Assembly (NCBI GenBank): GCA_020348985.1
Contig: CP070761.1
Coordinates: 2,800,021 to 2,864,020 of the forward strand
Reading direction: 5' to 3'
DNA: 64,000 nt
Origin: Candidatus Thorarchaeota archaeon
Lineage (GTDB): Archaea > Asgardarchaeota > Thorarchaeia > Thorarchaeales > Thorarchaeaceae
Shown here: positions 18,430 through 28,376 of the stretch, piece by piece
Layout of the letters: every line of letters begins with the position of its first letter
Position numbering within the stretch: the stretch's first letter is position 1
Position numbers and translations under genes: made by a program
The notes under the pieces: model-generated
Database searches by the model: none
What the model was told of the DNA's origin: nothing
What the model saw: the letters and a program-made list of their open reading frames with translations, nothing else

Positions 18430-19608
18430 ATGACAGATGACGAAAGAGCAATCTCCACAAGATGCGTTCACGGCAAGGATGTGCGGACAGCAGGACCCGT
18501 GGCTACACCGATAGCTCAAACATCTACGTTCGTCTTCGAGGATCAGCAGCAGATCATCGATTCGGTTTCTGGCGTGTCTGGCCGCCACTTGTATACGAGG
18601 TGGGGCAACCCTACTACTCATCAGGTCGAACAGAAGATAAGCGCCTTGGAGGGGACCGAAGAGAGCATTGTGTTTGCATCAGGGATGGCAGCAATTACGA
18701 GTACGATTCTGGGTCTCGTGAAGAGTGGAGAGATGATTCTTTCCACGGATTCGATCTATGGTGGATCGTTCAATCTCTTTCAGAAGTTGAGCAATGAAAT
18801 GAGATTCGGGATAGACTTTGTGGACTGTGATGATTTTGTGGATAGAATCAAAGACTCAAATGGGTCCTACAAGCTATGCTACTTCGAGAGCCCCACCAAT
18901 CCGACTCTGAAAGTAGTTGACATCAAGGCAGTCGCTGAGGCGTCTCGTTCGACTGGCACAATCAGTGTGATAGATAGCACGTTTGGGACGCCCATAAATC
19001 AGCAACCACATCGCATGGGTATTGATGTCGTAATGCACAGTGCAACAAAGTATCTTGGTGGCCATTCAGATCTCATTGCGGGAACAATCTCCGCGAGCTC
19101 AGAACTCATCAAGAGCATCAGAAAGTCATCAAAGCTCTTTGGCGGCACGCCAGATCCATTTGCAGCATTCTTGCTAGATAGAGGTATCAAGACACTTGCA
19201 GTTAGAGTCGAGCGGCACAATGAAAATGCAATGTTTCTCGCTTCAAAACTGTCAACAGACAAGAGAGTCAGACAAGTGCACTATCCAGGGCTTCCTAATC
19301 ATCCCAATCATGATATAGCCAAGTCTCAGATGTCAGGTTTTGGGGGAATGCTGTCAATTGACCTCGATTGCGGCCGTGAGGAAGCGATGACATTCGTTGA
19401 CTCGCTAAACCTATTTCTCAATGCGGTGTCGCTAGGTGGAGTCGAGAGCCTAGTCAGTATTCCGACACTGACAAGCCACCATGACATCAGTCAGGAGACT
19501 CTATCTGAGATGGGTATCTCTGAGTCTACAATCCGGCTATCAGTAGGTATCGAAGATGCCAACGATTTGTACGCGGACATTATGCAGGCACTCGAGAAGA
19601 TCTTTTGA
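18430..19608 (+). CDS. PLP-dependent Cys/Met metabolism enzyme (cystathionine/methionine gamma-lyase family)
   Basis: YTRWGNPT, FASGMAAI, ESPTNP, HSATKYLGGHSD, SLGGVESL, RLSVGIE. Confidence 0.93.
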   Translation: MTDDERAISTRCVHGKDVRTAGPVATPIAQTSTFVFEDQQQIIDSVSGVSGRHLYTRWGNPTTHQVEQKISALEGTEESIVFASGMAAITSTILGLVKSGEMILSTDSIYGGSFNLFQKLSNEMRFGIDFVDCDDFVDRIKDSNGSYKLCYFESPTNPTLKVVDIKAVAEASRSTGTISVIDSTFGTPINQQPHRMGIDVVMHSATKYLGGHSDLIAGTISASSELIKSIRKSSKLFGGTPDPFAAFLLDRGIKTLAVRVERHNENAMFLASKLSTDKRVRQVHYPGLPNHPNHDIAKSQMSGFGGMLSIDLDCGREEAMTFVDSLNLFLNAVSLGGVESLVSIPTLTSHHDISQETLSEMGISESTIRLSVGIEDANDLYADIMQALEKIF

Positions 19609-19678
19609 TGATTGGGGTTGACAGTCTGGTCGAAACTGTTTTGAGCCGGCCCAAGATGTTGTTCGACGGCGGACTATC

Positions 19679-21553
19679 ATGATCGAAAGGGGTACCTCCG
19701 AAGTTCTAATGAGTGGAAATGAGGCATTTGCCAGAGGTGCCTTGGAGGCAGGGATTGGTTTCTGCGCGTCCTACCCCGGCACACCTTCAACAGAAATCAC
19801 TACAACTCTTATGAGCTTGGCCAAGATACATGGAGTCTACGTCGAATGGAGTACAAACGAGAAGGTCGCTCTTGAAGCATGTGCGGGGGCATCTTGGGGA
19901 GGAATCGCGGCCATCTGCCCAATGAAGTCGCTAGGCCTCAATGTTGCTTCCGACTTCCTCCTTAACCTCAATCTGTCGGGTTCTGGACCTGGCGGACTTG
20001 TCATCATTGTATGCGACGACCCCAGAGGACACAGCTCAAGCAATGAGCAGGATTCGAGGTTCTATTCAAAGGCATCGTATCTTCCTCAATTTGAGCCGTC
20101 AACATGCCAACAAGCCAAAGACGTTGTTCCCGTCGCCCTGGACATCTCAAGGGAATATCAAATACCGGTCATTGTCAGAAGCACAACTCGGTTAAGCCAC
20201 TCGAGGGGTATTGTGAAGCTGGAGAAGGTGCCAAAAAGGAAGCATTCCGCCGCGAAAGACATCCCGGATGACCTTTACAACGTCCCCAGTCCTCATCTCA
20301 GACATCGGATGCTGTTGGATAAGCTGGGTGACATAGCCATCGAGTTTAGCTCATCACCACTGAACTCAACTACCAAGACCGCAGGGGCGGACACGCTGAT
20401 CATAGCAACTGGTGTTGCACATAGATACGCCTTGGAGGCCGCATCCCTATTCGACTCAATGTCATTGGAAGTAGCGAACTTGGTGACTTCGAATCCACTT
20501 CCTGGCACTCTCCTGAAAGAATGGCTTAGAGGAAAGAAGAGTGTACTCTTCGTTGAAGAGGTGGATCCTTTTGTTGAAGAGCAAGTGCTTACACTCTGCG
20601 CCAAGGATGACCTCTCAGCAATTCAGTTCTTTGGCAAGCACGATGGAACAGTCCCGTCACATGGGGAACTCAACACAGATATTGTTGTAGACGCGGTTGC
20701 GAGATCTGTCGGTCTGGATGTTGAGCTTCTCGGCGATACGACTCCGAAAACAATCGAAAAAGCGAAGGCGCTTCTCGTACCACGTCCTCCAACGTTCTGC
20801 ACCGGATGCACGCACAGGAATGTATACTGGGCAATTCGCAAAATCAAGCAGCGACTTAAAGACAAACTAGTTGTTGCGGGAGACATTGGCTGCTATTCAC
20901 TTGGAGTGTTCTATGAACACGCCATGGACACCATGCAATCGATGGGGTCGGGAATAGGAACAGCCTGCGGTCTCGGACAGCTCCATCGCTTTGGCTTCGA
21001 GAGCAAGGTCATCGCTGTTGCAGGGGACTCTACGTTCTACCATGCCTGTATTCCAGCACTGATCAATGCCAAACACAAAGGTGCAGACGTGACATTCATC
21101 GTCATGGATAACGCAACTACGGCAATGACTGGATTCCAGCCCCATCCGGGCTCAAGCATTCAAGAGGATGGCATGGTACAGATGTCACTTGACCGGATAG
21201 TAGATGCAATCGAACCAGATTTCTTTGCCCGGGGGAATGCTGCAGACATTCCGGATGCGATTGACCTCATCTGGGATGCAGTCCAAAAGGACGGACTCAA
21301 AGCCCTCGTTTTTGACAGCATATGTCGGCTGGAAGAACAGCGTCTTGGGGTGGCCTATGAGGACCAAGCCAAGGTGACCGTTGACATTGACAATTGTTGG
21401 GGCGAGAAATGCAAGATCTGTGTGGCTCAGTTCTCGTGCCCAGCTCTAGAATGGAATGAGAAAACTGACCATCCGGTAATACTCGAGCATGAATGTATTC
21501 GGTGTGGGGCCTGTATTGCAGTCTGCCCACATGATGCCTTGAAGGAGGAGTGA
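19679..21553 (+). CDS. iorA: Indolepyruvate ferredoxin oxidoreductase alpha subunit
   Basis: SGNEAFARG, YPGTPSTE, NEKVALE, SSNEQDSR, RPPTFCTGCTHR, GDIGCY, C-terminal ferredoxin. Confidence 0.93.
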   Translation: MIERGTSEVLMSGNEAFARGALEAGIGFCASYPGTPSTEITTTLMSLAKIHGVYVEWSTNEKVALEACAGASWGGIAAICPMKSLGLNVASDFLLNLNLSGSGPGGLVIIVCDDPRGHSSSNEQDSRFYSKASYLPQFEPSTCQQAKDVVPVALDISREYQIPVIVRSTTRLSHSRGIVKLEKVPKRKHSAAKDIPDDLYNVPSPHLRHRMLLDKLGDIAIEFSSSPLNSTTKTAGADTLIIATGVAHRYALEAASLFDSMSLEVANLVTSNPLPGTLLKEWLRGKKSVLFVEEVDPFVEEQVLTLCAKDDLSAIQFFGKHDGTVPSHGELNTDIVVDAVARSVGLDVELLGDTTPKTIEKAKALLVPRPPTFCTGCTHRNVYWAIRKIKQRLKDKLVVAGDIGCYSLGVFYEHAMDTMQSMGSGIGTACGLGQLHRFGFESKVIAVAGDSTFYHACIPALINAKHKGADVTFIVMDNATTAMTGFQPHPGSSIQEDGMVQMSLDRIVDAIEPDFFARGNAADIPDAIDLIWDAVQKDGLKALVFDSICRLEEQRLGVAYEDQAKVTVDIDNCWGEKCKICVAQFSCPALEWNEKTDHPVILEHECIRCGACIAVCPHDALKEE

Positions 21554-22176
21554 CAATGGTGGATAGACCGCTCAACATTCTGATTGCAGGAGTAGGCGGA
21601 CAAGGAAGCCTGCTTGCCGGAGATGTTCTTGCCACTGCAGCCGTTTCCCATGGCTACAGGCCAGTAGTGGGTCAGACATTTGGTGCTCCGCGAAGAGGGG
21701 GCAGTGTACTCACTCACCTTCGGTTCTCGGATATCGATCTGGGACCGTTGATTCCATACGGAAAGGTGGACGTCCTCATTGGACTTGAGCTGATGGAATC
21801 ACTGAGGGCCGCAATCTCACATTGCGGACTAAAGACTAGAGCAGTCGTCAGTCCAATTCGAGTACATACTGCAGCAACCCTCTCAGGTGAAGAGAAGTAT
21901 CCTGAAGAGGGAGCTGTCCTTGATTCGCTCGCCAGCATCTGTGGTGAGGTTTATGACCTTGATAGATTGTCGGAGCTGGACAAGGCCCTAGCTTCCCGCT
22001 CCCTGAATATGTATTTGGTAGGATTTGCGGCAGGCCTGGCTGAGGAACAGCTACCGAGTAAGAAAGTCAGAAAGGCCATCTCGGATATCGTGTCTCCTCC
22101 TGAGCCCAGCCTGGAGTCATTTGACAATGGACTTGCTGCTCTGAAAACGACACGTTCGTACAGGTCGGAAATCTAG
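21550..22176 (+). CDS. iorB: Indolepyruvate ferredoxin oxidoreductase beta subunit
   Basis: AGVGGQG, RRGGSV; GTGA overlap with iorA. Confidence 0.9.
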   Translation: MTMVDRPLNILIAGVGGQGSLLAGDVLATAAVSHGYRPVVGQTFGAPRRGGSVLTHLRFSDIDLGPLIPYGKVDVLIGLELMESLRAAISHCGLKTRAVVSPIRVHTAATLSGEEKYPEEGAVLDSLASICGEVYDLDRLSELDKALASRSLNMYLVGFAAGLAEEQLPSKKVRKAISDIVSPPEPSLESFDNGLAALKTTRSYRSEI

Positions 22177-24446
22177 ATGCCCTTCTTCTTCTCTTCGAGC
22201 GTTCTTCGGGCCTCACGCCACATTAGTTCCGCCAGAACAGTGAACATGTCGGCTACTCCCTGACCTGTAAGAGCCGAGCTTTCCATGTACAAGAAGCCCT
22301 CGTCTTCAGCCCACTTCTTTGCCTCATCTGACGGTACTGCTCTGTCTGGCAGGTCGACCTTATTTCCAACACAGATACCTGCCACTCGCATGCCAATGGA
22401 TTCGTCAGCCTCCGAGACCCACTTTATGAGCTCAGCAAAGGAACGTCGCCTCGTCACGTCAAAGACTAGTATAATCCCTGCCGCTCCGCTGTAGTACATC
22501 TTACGGACCGCCTTGAATCGGGCTTGGCCTGCTACGTCCCAAGCTTGCAGTTTGATCCCTACTCCATATTCTGATTCAGGAGGCGAAACGTGAGTGAGTT
22601 TGACGGCGAATTGAGACCCAATTGTGGTCTTGTAGTCTTTCTCGAAAGCACCCGTGGTGTATCGGTTAACAAGCGCAGTCTTTCCGACGGCACCCTCCCC
22701 TATGACCATGACCTTGAACAAGTATGCGTATGTATCTGGAGCGATTCCTGGACGTTGGGGCTTCGCAGGGCGGGCTCTAATCTCTGAAATCATAGTGCTC
22801 TCAGGAGATACAACAGTTGGCGCAGCAGGTGTTACAGCCGGCTCTGCAGCAGGCTCTTGAATGTCAAGGATCTCTGCTCCTCCGATTTGCTCTCCAAACA
22901 GCTTGTCTAGCAGCGCCTCGGCTTCGCGCAGCTTCGAATCCTCAACTGCAGGAGCCGCGGAGGAGACGGTTGTCTCAACATCTATCGGCTTCGCAGCAGC
23001 CTCTGAGGTCTCAGAGGCCGCAGTAAACAGTGCAGAAGACTCCATCTCGGCCGCCTGAAAACCTGGCTGAATGTCCGCAGCTGCAGCTATGGCAGCTCCT
23101 TCCTCCACAAGGACGGCAGTTTCAGGTGTAGTAACCTGCCTGACTTCCCCATCTGCCTCTGTCCACATCAACACAATCGGTCTGACGATCACTGAGCCCT
23201 GAGCCTTGGGAACCAGTTCGAGCTCCATGGATTTTGTTTCGTGAGGTTCCAAGTCAAACCTAATCTGTTGTGGAGAAATGTCCATGTTGTCCTTCGGGAA
23301 CCAATACAGCTTGCCAGATACTCCCCTTAATGGTTTGTCAGTCACGTTGACGACCGTCAGTTTTCCTCTCAGATTGGCTCCTGCCGCGGCCTCCCCGAGG
23401 ACTTCAAACTTGGGGATAATCTGATAGAGACCCTCGATGACTTTGAGGGGGCCATTGGAGACCCCAACCAATACCTCTCTTCTCTCGTCGCCGCCCGCAT
23501 CACCAACTGCGATTGAAAGGATCTTGTATCCCAAATCCACTTCGGCAATCTGTCTCAATTCTGCCATGTACAGGCTATAGAAGAGAATCTTGTAATCAGA
23601 GGTGGCTACGACTATCTCATCCATATGGTCTGAGTTCATCTCGGCCATTCGGACAGATTGTGCATTGACGCCCTCGAGTTTAGCGAACAGGTCGAGCTTG
23701 CTTTCTTCATTTCGATATACTCTGATGGAACCGTCGTGAGTTACAACACCAAGTTCCATCTTGCGGTCTCCCAGAATGTCTCCTGCTGCAACCGAAATGA
23801 CGGGGCTTGGAAGCTCGAGTGCCTCAATTTGCTCTACTGAGTGATCCTTGACTTTGAGCACTCTGAGCGTCCTGTCCCTGTTTCCAGTGACAATCTCTTC
23901 GATTTCATCGCCAATTACATCGCAGGTACCAATAGCAAGCGGCATATCGTCCAGTTGATACCGAATGATTTCAGTGCAGTTGTTTTCCGAGTCCATTGAG
24001 AGTATTCTCAGTGTTGAATCGCTTCCTCCAGCAATTATCTCGTTTTTGCCATCACCAGTTACATCCGTTACATAGACGGATGTCACGAAGCGATCTATAG
24101 CATGTTCTGCAAGAAGCTCGAACGCACCACTCGGTGCAAATCGATAAACTTGGACCGTTCCAGCAGATCCTGCGGTCTCTCCACCCCCAATGCTTCTGCC
24201 TACAACGATCTCCATGAGACCATCATTATTGGCATCAGAGATCTTTATCGATAGGATGCTACCATTCACATCTCGTGATGCCAGAAGGCGAATGACCTCC
24301 TGGTTGGCGTCATATAGTCTGAGGACTCCATCACGGCCACCCGTGCAGAGTTCTGCGAGTGCGGAGTTCGTGACGTTACCTACATCTATAGCACTCGTAC
24401 TCAGCTCATCGTCAATCTCGAATAGTATACGAGGAGTTGTCAACAT
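22173..24446 (-). CDS. Beta-propeller (7 FG-GAP-like blades) + Ig-like domain + C-terminal Rab-like GTPase fusion
   Basis: Seven repeats of the type DVTGDGKNEIIAGGSD; Ala/Pro/Glu linker; GEGAVGKT, YKTTIGSQF, WDVAGQ, NKVD, ESSA. Confidence 0.88.
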   Translation of the reverse strand: MLTTPRILFEIDDELSTSAIDVGNVTNSALAELCTGGRDGVLRLYDANQEVIRLLASRDVNGSILSIKISDANNDGLMEIVVGRSIGGGETAGSAGTVQVYRFAPSGAFELLAEHAIDRFVTSVYVTDVTGDGKNEIIAGGSDSTLRILSMDSENNCTEIIRYQLDDMPLAIGTCDVIGDEIEEIVTGNRDRTLRVLKVKDHSVEQIEALELPSPVISVAAGDILGDRKMELGVVTHDGSIRVYRNEESKLDLFAKLEGVNAQSVRMAEMNSDHMDEIVVATSDYKILFYSLYMAELRQIAEVDLGYKILSIAVGDAGGDERREVLVGVSNGPLKVIEGLYQIIPKFEVLGEAAAGANLRGKLTVVNVTDKPLRGVSGKLYWFPKDNMDISPQQIRFDLEPHETKSMELELVPKAQGSVIVRPIVLMWTEADGEVRQVTTPETAVLVEEGAAIAAAADIQPGFQAAEMESSALFTAASETSEAAAKPIDVETTVSSAAPAVEDSKLREAEALLDKLFGEQIGGAEILDIQEPAAEPAVTPAAPTVVSPESTMISEIRARPAKPQRPGIAPDTYAYLFKVMVIGEGAVGKTALVNRYTTGAFEKDYKTTIGSQFAVKLTHVSPPESEYGVGIKLQAWDVAGQARFKAVRKMYYSGAAGIILVFDVTRRRSFAELIKWVSEADESIGMRVAGICVGNKVDLPDRAVPSDEAKKWAEDEGFLYMESSALTGQGVADMFTVLAELMWREARRTLEEKKKGI

Positions 24447-24635
24447 TCAGACCTCTGGACAATGTGGATTCCAATACTGTTTGTTGTCACTAGCGTTATG
24501 ACTATGGACTCTCACAACTTGGTTATGATTGTTTCACTAGTGCCCTTTTAGTACTTTGTTGGGTTCATCACAATAGTGTCTTCTTAGGGATTACCTTTTA
24601 TCTGGATGCTTCACGTGCCTCATTGGGTGACATGG

Positions 24636-25415
24636 ATGTCGAAGCTCTCAGTTCGCAATCTGAGAAAATCGTACTCGAATGACGATAATGATGTCACCAG
24701 CGTATTGGATGGGCTCTCCTTCGATGTTGGAAAAGGCGAATTCCTGAGCATCGTTGGGCCATCAGGATGTGGCAAAACAACCCTTCTCAAGATTATTGCT
24801 GGACTCATGAGTCAAGATAGCGGTGAGGTTCTAATTGATGACATTCCTGTGGGGCTAGACCACCATCAGGTTGGGTTCATATTTCAGGAGGAGAGCCTCT
24901 TTCCCTGGCGAACTGTAAGACAGAACATTGAATTTGGTCTAGAATTAGCGAAGTTCAATCTGGATGAGAGGAAGGCCCGATGTGATGAGATGATATCTCT
25001 GGTCGGACTCAAGGGACTCGAGGACAACCTTCCGCACGAGATTTCTGGAGGGCAGGCGAGGAGGGTAGAGATGGCACGCAGCCTAGTCACAAAACCCGCA
25101 ATCCTTGTTTCGGACGAGGGGTTATCCAACCTGGATGCACAGACGAGAAACTTCGTACAGGAAGAGTTCTTGCGGGTCTGGCAGAGTACCGGCTCCACGA
25201 TCCTCTTCGTATCTCACAATGTTGATGAAGCCGTGTTCATGTCAGACAGAATCTTGGTCATGAGCAATATTCCTTCGAAGATTATAGCCGAGTATGATGT
25301 TGAAGTGGATAGGCCCAGAGACCGTGCCAGTCCAGAATGCAGGGCATATCGTTCACAGATTCTAGAAGTTCTACGAGTCGAACAGGAGAAAGCCATGAGT
25401 AGACTCGCGGCCTAG
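24636..25415 (+). CDS. NitT/TauT-type ABC transporter ATP-binding subunit
   Basis: GPSGCGKT, FQEESLFPW, ISGGQ, VSHNVDEA. Confidence 0.92.
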   Translation: MSKLSVRNLRKSYSNDDNDVTSVLDGLSFDVGKGEFLSIVGPSGCGKTTLLKIIAGLMSQDSGEVLIDDIPVGLDHHQVGFIFQEESLFPWRTVRQNIEFGLELAKFNLDERKARCDEMISLVGLKGLEDNLPHEISGGQARRVEMARSLVTKPAILVSDEGLSNLDAQTRNFVQEEFLRVWQSTGSTILFVSHNVDEAVFMSDRILVMSNIPSKIIAEYDVEVDRPRDRASPECRAYRSQILEVLRVEQEKAMSRLAA

Positions 25416-26275
25416 ATTGATACTTCTTTGCGCCATCTAAGAAGTTGCTTCTCTATATACAGGAACATGTAGCTAATCAGGAAACCAATCAGGCCAATGA
25501 CAAGCATAGCTGATATCGTCTCTGCAGTTCTGCCTAACTGTTCGGTGACAATGACAAGGTGGCCAAGTCCGATTCCCCCACCAATCATCTCTGCTGCAAC
25601 AAGACACATCCAACCAATCCCAAAGCCAATACGGAGTCCTGCAAAGACTTCAGGTGCTGCGGAAGGAACCACGATTTTCTGAAGAACCTGAATCTCGCTC
25701 GCACCGAAGGTCCTTGCTACATCAAGATGAACAGTGTCGGTTCTTTTGACGCCGGCGGTTGTATTCAGAAGTATCGGGAAGAATGCCCCAATCCAAATTA
25801 TGAAGACTTGTGATCCCAGGAAGTTTCCTTGGTACATTAGAATCGAAATGGGGATCCAGGCGATGGGTGGAATGGGACGAATTGCCTCAACAACCGGACC
25901 CAGGATAGAGTTCACAATCCTGTAGCGACCTATCGCGATTCCGAGGGGCACACCTGTGAGAATAGCTGCAAGGAATCCTAGCGCAACCCGAAACATACTC
26001 AGTCCTGTATGTTCCACCATTGTGCGACCCTCTGTGTCTCCTTCAGATACTAGTTTGGCGAAGGCCTCCACAATGTCTAACAGACCTATTGGTGACTGCA
26101 GATGGCGACTTGCTACATATGCGACCAGCTGCCATATGACCAAGAGTATGGCGATTGGGGTCAGGACTCTTAGAAGAAACCGTGTGGATCGACGTTCATC
26201 ATTTCGAAGCCTCTGGAGAAATGATTCGGTTTCGGCTTCTGTTTGTCTTACGGTGGAATCCACATCTTGCGTCAT
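25412..26275 (-). CDS. NitT/TauT-type ABC transporter permease
   Basis: RPIPPIAWIP, ARTFGAS, LVAAEM. Start set to ATG 26275. Confidence 0.92.
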   Translation of the reverse strand: MTQDVDSTVRQTEAETESFLQRLRNDERRSTRFLLRVLTPIAILLVIWQLVAYVASRHLQSPIGLLDIVEAFAKLVSEGDTEGRTMVEHTGLSMFRVALGFLAAILTGVPLGIAIGRYRIVNSILGPVVEAIRPIPPIAWIPISILMYQGNFLGSQVFIIWIGAFFPILLNTTAGVKRTDTVHLDVARTFGASEIQVLQKIVVPSAAPEVFAGLRIGFGIGWMCLVAAEMIGGGIGLGHLVIVTEQLGRTAETISAMLVIGLIGFLISYMFLYIEKQLLRWRKEVSI

Positions 26276-26327
26276 AGCGTCCGCGTGAGCTCGAATGGCA
26301 TACCTTTTGTCTTTGTCGCTTCTAGTG

Positions 26328-27353
26328 CTAGCAGCTACATGTAGCAAGAGCATAAGTATCGTCGATGAACATGTCCAGGAAATCATCTACTTCAGACAAG
26401 TCCATCTCTACTATATCCTGCTCAATCAGGAACACTAGATACCGTTCAATGCCAGACTTGTTCACGTTGTAGTCGTAGATAATCCGATTGAACGCAGTCT
26501 CAACGGTGGTCTCTGCCATACCAAGCCAGTTGATTGCTATATCGAGGGCCAACGAGGGGTTGTTCGCAATCCACTCTGTGGCCTGTCTGTGAATATCGAC
26601 TACCTTCTGTACGGTCACGGGATCTCCTTCAATGAAATCGTTGGAAGCTGCAAGAACGCAACAAGGATGTCGTGCCCAAATGTCGCCCGACAAGACTAAT
26701 GGTTCGGCCAGCCCGTCCGCCTGCGCTCTAGCAGGGAATGGTTCCCAGGCGATGAAAGCTGGGGAATCGACGGTAAGGGAGATTGCCATGTCTTGAGGCC
26801 TTGACTGCTCCAAGAAGACGTCGTTGACTGTCATGCCTGATTGATTCAGGGCCAATCTAAGCAAGAAGTTCTGCACCGTCGAGGGTCCCGGATGATAGAT
26901 TGTCTTACCTGCCAGATCTGTTATGTCTGAAATCACCCCTGCGTCATAGAGATCCTTCTTGACCATCAGAGCTGAGCCTTCATAGTTGGCCGCAGCAAGA
27001 ATAGTGACTTGTATCTGGGAGTTGATACCAAGTGTCAGGGCCGGCGCGGCGCCTAGGTAACCCATGTCAATCTGTCCTGCTTGGAATCCTCGCATCTCCT
27101 CAGCACCATTTCCATAGACAACCGTTTCGACTGTGAGGTTGGCTTCCTCAAACATGCCGTTATCCTGTGCTACTTTCAGAGCCAACTGATGGAGATCCTG
27201 GGACAGAAAGCCGATTCTGACATCGGGAGCAGCCGGTCGTGGCCAGAAAGCAATTACCGCTACTCCGGAAAAGACAACAATAATGGCGACTACCGCAGCT
27301 AATTCCCGATTTTCAAGACTTCGAACCAAGTGAACCGCCAATTCCAATTCCAA
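26328..27353 (-). CDS. NitT/TauT-type ABC substrate-binding protein
   Basis: N-terminal TM anchor; IDMGYLG, AWEPF, HPCCV. Confidence 0.9.
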   Translation of the reverse strand: MELELAVHLVRSLENRELAAVVAIIVVFSGVAVIAFWPRPAAPDVRIGFLSQDLHQLALKVAQDNGMFEEANLTVETVVYGNGAEEMRGFQAGQIDMGYLGAAPALTLGINSQIQVTILAAANYEGSALMVKKDLYDAGVISDITDLAGKTIYHPGPSTVQNFLLRLALNQSGMTVNDVFLEQSRPQDMAISLTVDSPAFIAWEPFPARAQADGLAEPLVLSGDIWARHPCCVLAASNDFIEGDPVTVQKVVDIHRQATEWIANNPSLALDIAINWLGMAETTVETAFNRIIYDYNVNKSGIERYLVFLIEQDIVEMDLSEVDDFLDMFIDDTYALATCSC

Positions 27354-27522
27354 GAAACTAGTCTTATAGAGATTGAGATACAGGATTGAGGCGCGATTGC
27401 TCAGGACAGAAGTAATATCTAGTATTCTGTTAGGGTCTCAATGTGCGGTTTAGGAGATCATTCACTATCCTAGATACGCAAGAGAAGGAGTGCGATTAGG
27501 TTCACGGGTGGTGAGACCTAGG

Positions 27523-27810
27523 ATGTCTTACAATCTTCCTGAAAGTGCAGTCATTGTTCTCGGAAGACTGCTGGATGGACCAAAATCGCCCAGGGAACTA
27601 AGTAGAAGTTCTAGGTTGCCTTTGCGAACGGTCTCGTTCGCGCTTCGCAAGCTCATGGAGCTTCGACTCTGCAAGAAAGTTCCCGATTTGCTTGATATGC
27701 GCAAAGCCGTATACTGTGTCAACACTAAAAGAATCGCAGAGCTGGAGATACGTTTGGATCAGATCCGTGCGATGGCCCGTCTGTATATGCGGTCTCTGGG
27801 ACAAGGATAA
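27523..27810 (+). CDS. Small winged-helix DNA-binding protein
   Basis: GPKSPRELS...LPLRTVSFALRKL...PDLLDMRK; divergent from the ABC substrate-binding gene. Confidence 0.75.
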   Translation: MSYNLPESAVIVLGRLLDGPKSPRELSRSSRLPLRTVSFALRKLMELRLCKKVPDLLDMRKAVYCVNTKRIAELEIRLDQIRAMARLYMRSLGQG

Positions 27811-27959
27811 CCGTTTAGGATGCAGGTCGACAACATGGCTCACTTCAGTCCCTACTGTCTACTCTTAATGTCGATGACGTCATGAATGGCGCCTGGTCAT
27901 CCACTCTTCCCCCACGTGAAAGGCTACTTTGTCCAGCAGATTGATTAGCGAGTCAGCGT

Positions 27960-28346
27960 ATGAACGAGAGTATGACCTTGCGTGACCGAATCCCAGAGCA
28001 ACTCAGGCTTAGAGATGAGGTAACGTCTGTTCAGATGGATGAGGACGTCGCGGTCTTTCCAACCAGCGAGTATGTCCTATTGGAGATATCACACAAGGTT
28101 GGCAAAATCAACGTTTTCAAGATTGCAGGTACTGTAGGAGATCTCGTCAAGAATGACAGACGAATGGTAGCGATTAGAGGCTATGGTTTCAAGGGAATCG
28201 GACTCTCTGTCAGAATTGCTCATGAGCTAAAGAAGCGAGAGAAGAGATTCCAATACGTGATGACTTTCGACACCTTCGATGCTGCAGAGGCAGACAGCGA
28301 CAGTGAGCTGACGAGCGTACAGATAATCGTCATGCCGCCCGAATAG
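27960..28346 (+). CDS. Divergent Alba-like nucleic acid-binding protein
   Basis: VAIRGYGFKGIGLSVRIAHELKKR...TFDTF...TSVQIIV parallels the Alba core (VxIKARGxAIxxAVxVAE...STIEI). Confidence 0.6.
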   Translation: MNESMTLRDRIPEQLRLRDEVTSVQMDEDVAVFPTSEYVLLEISHKVGKINVFKIAGTVGDLVKNDRRMVAIRGYGFKGIGLSVRIAHELKKREKRFQYVMTFDTFDAAEADSDSELTSVQIIVMPPE

Positions 28347-28376
28347 CGGAGAAAACTGGAACAAGGAAAAGATCCC

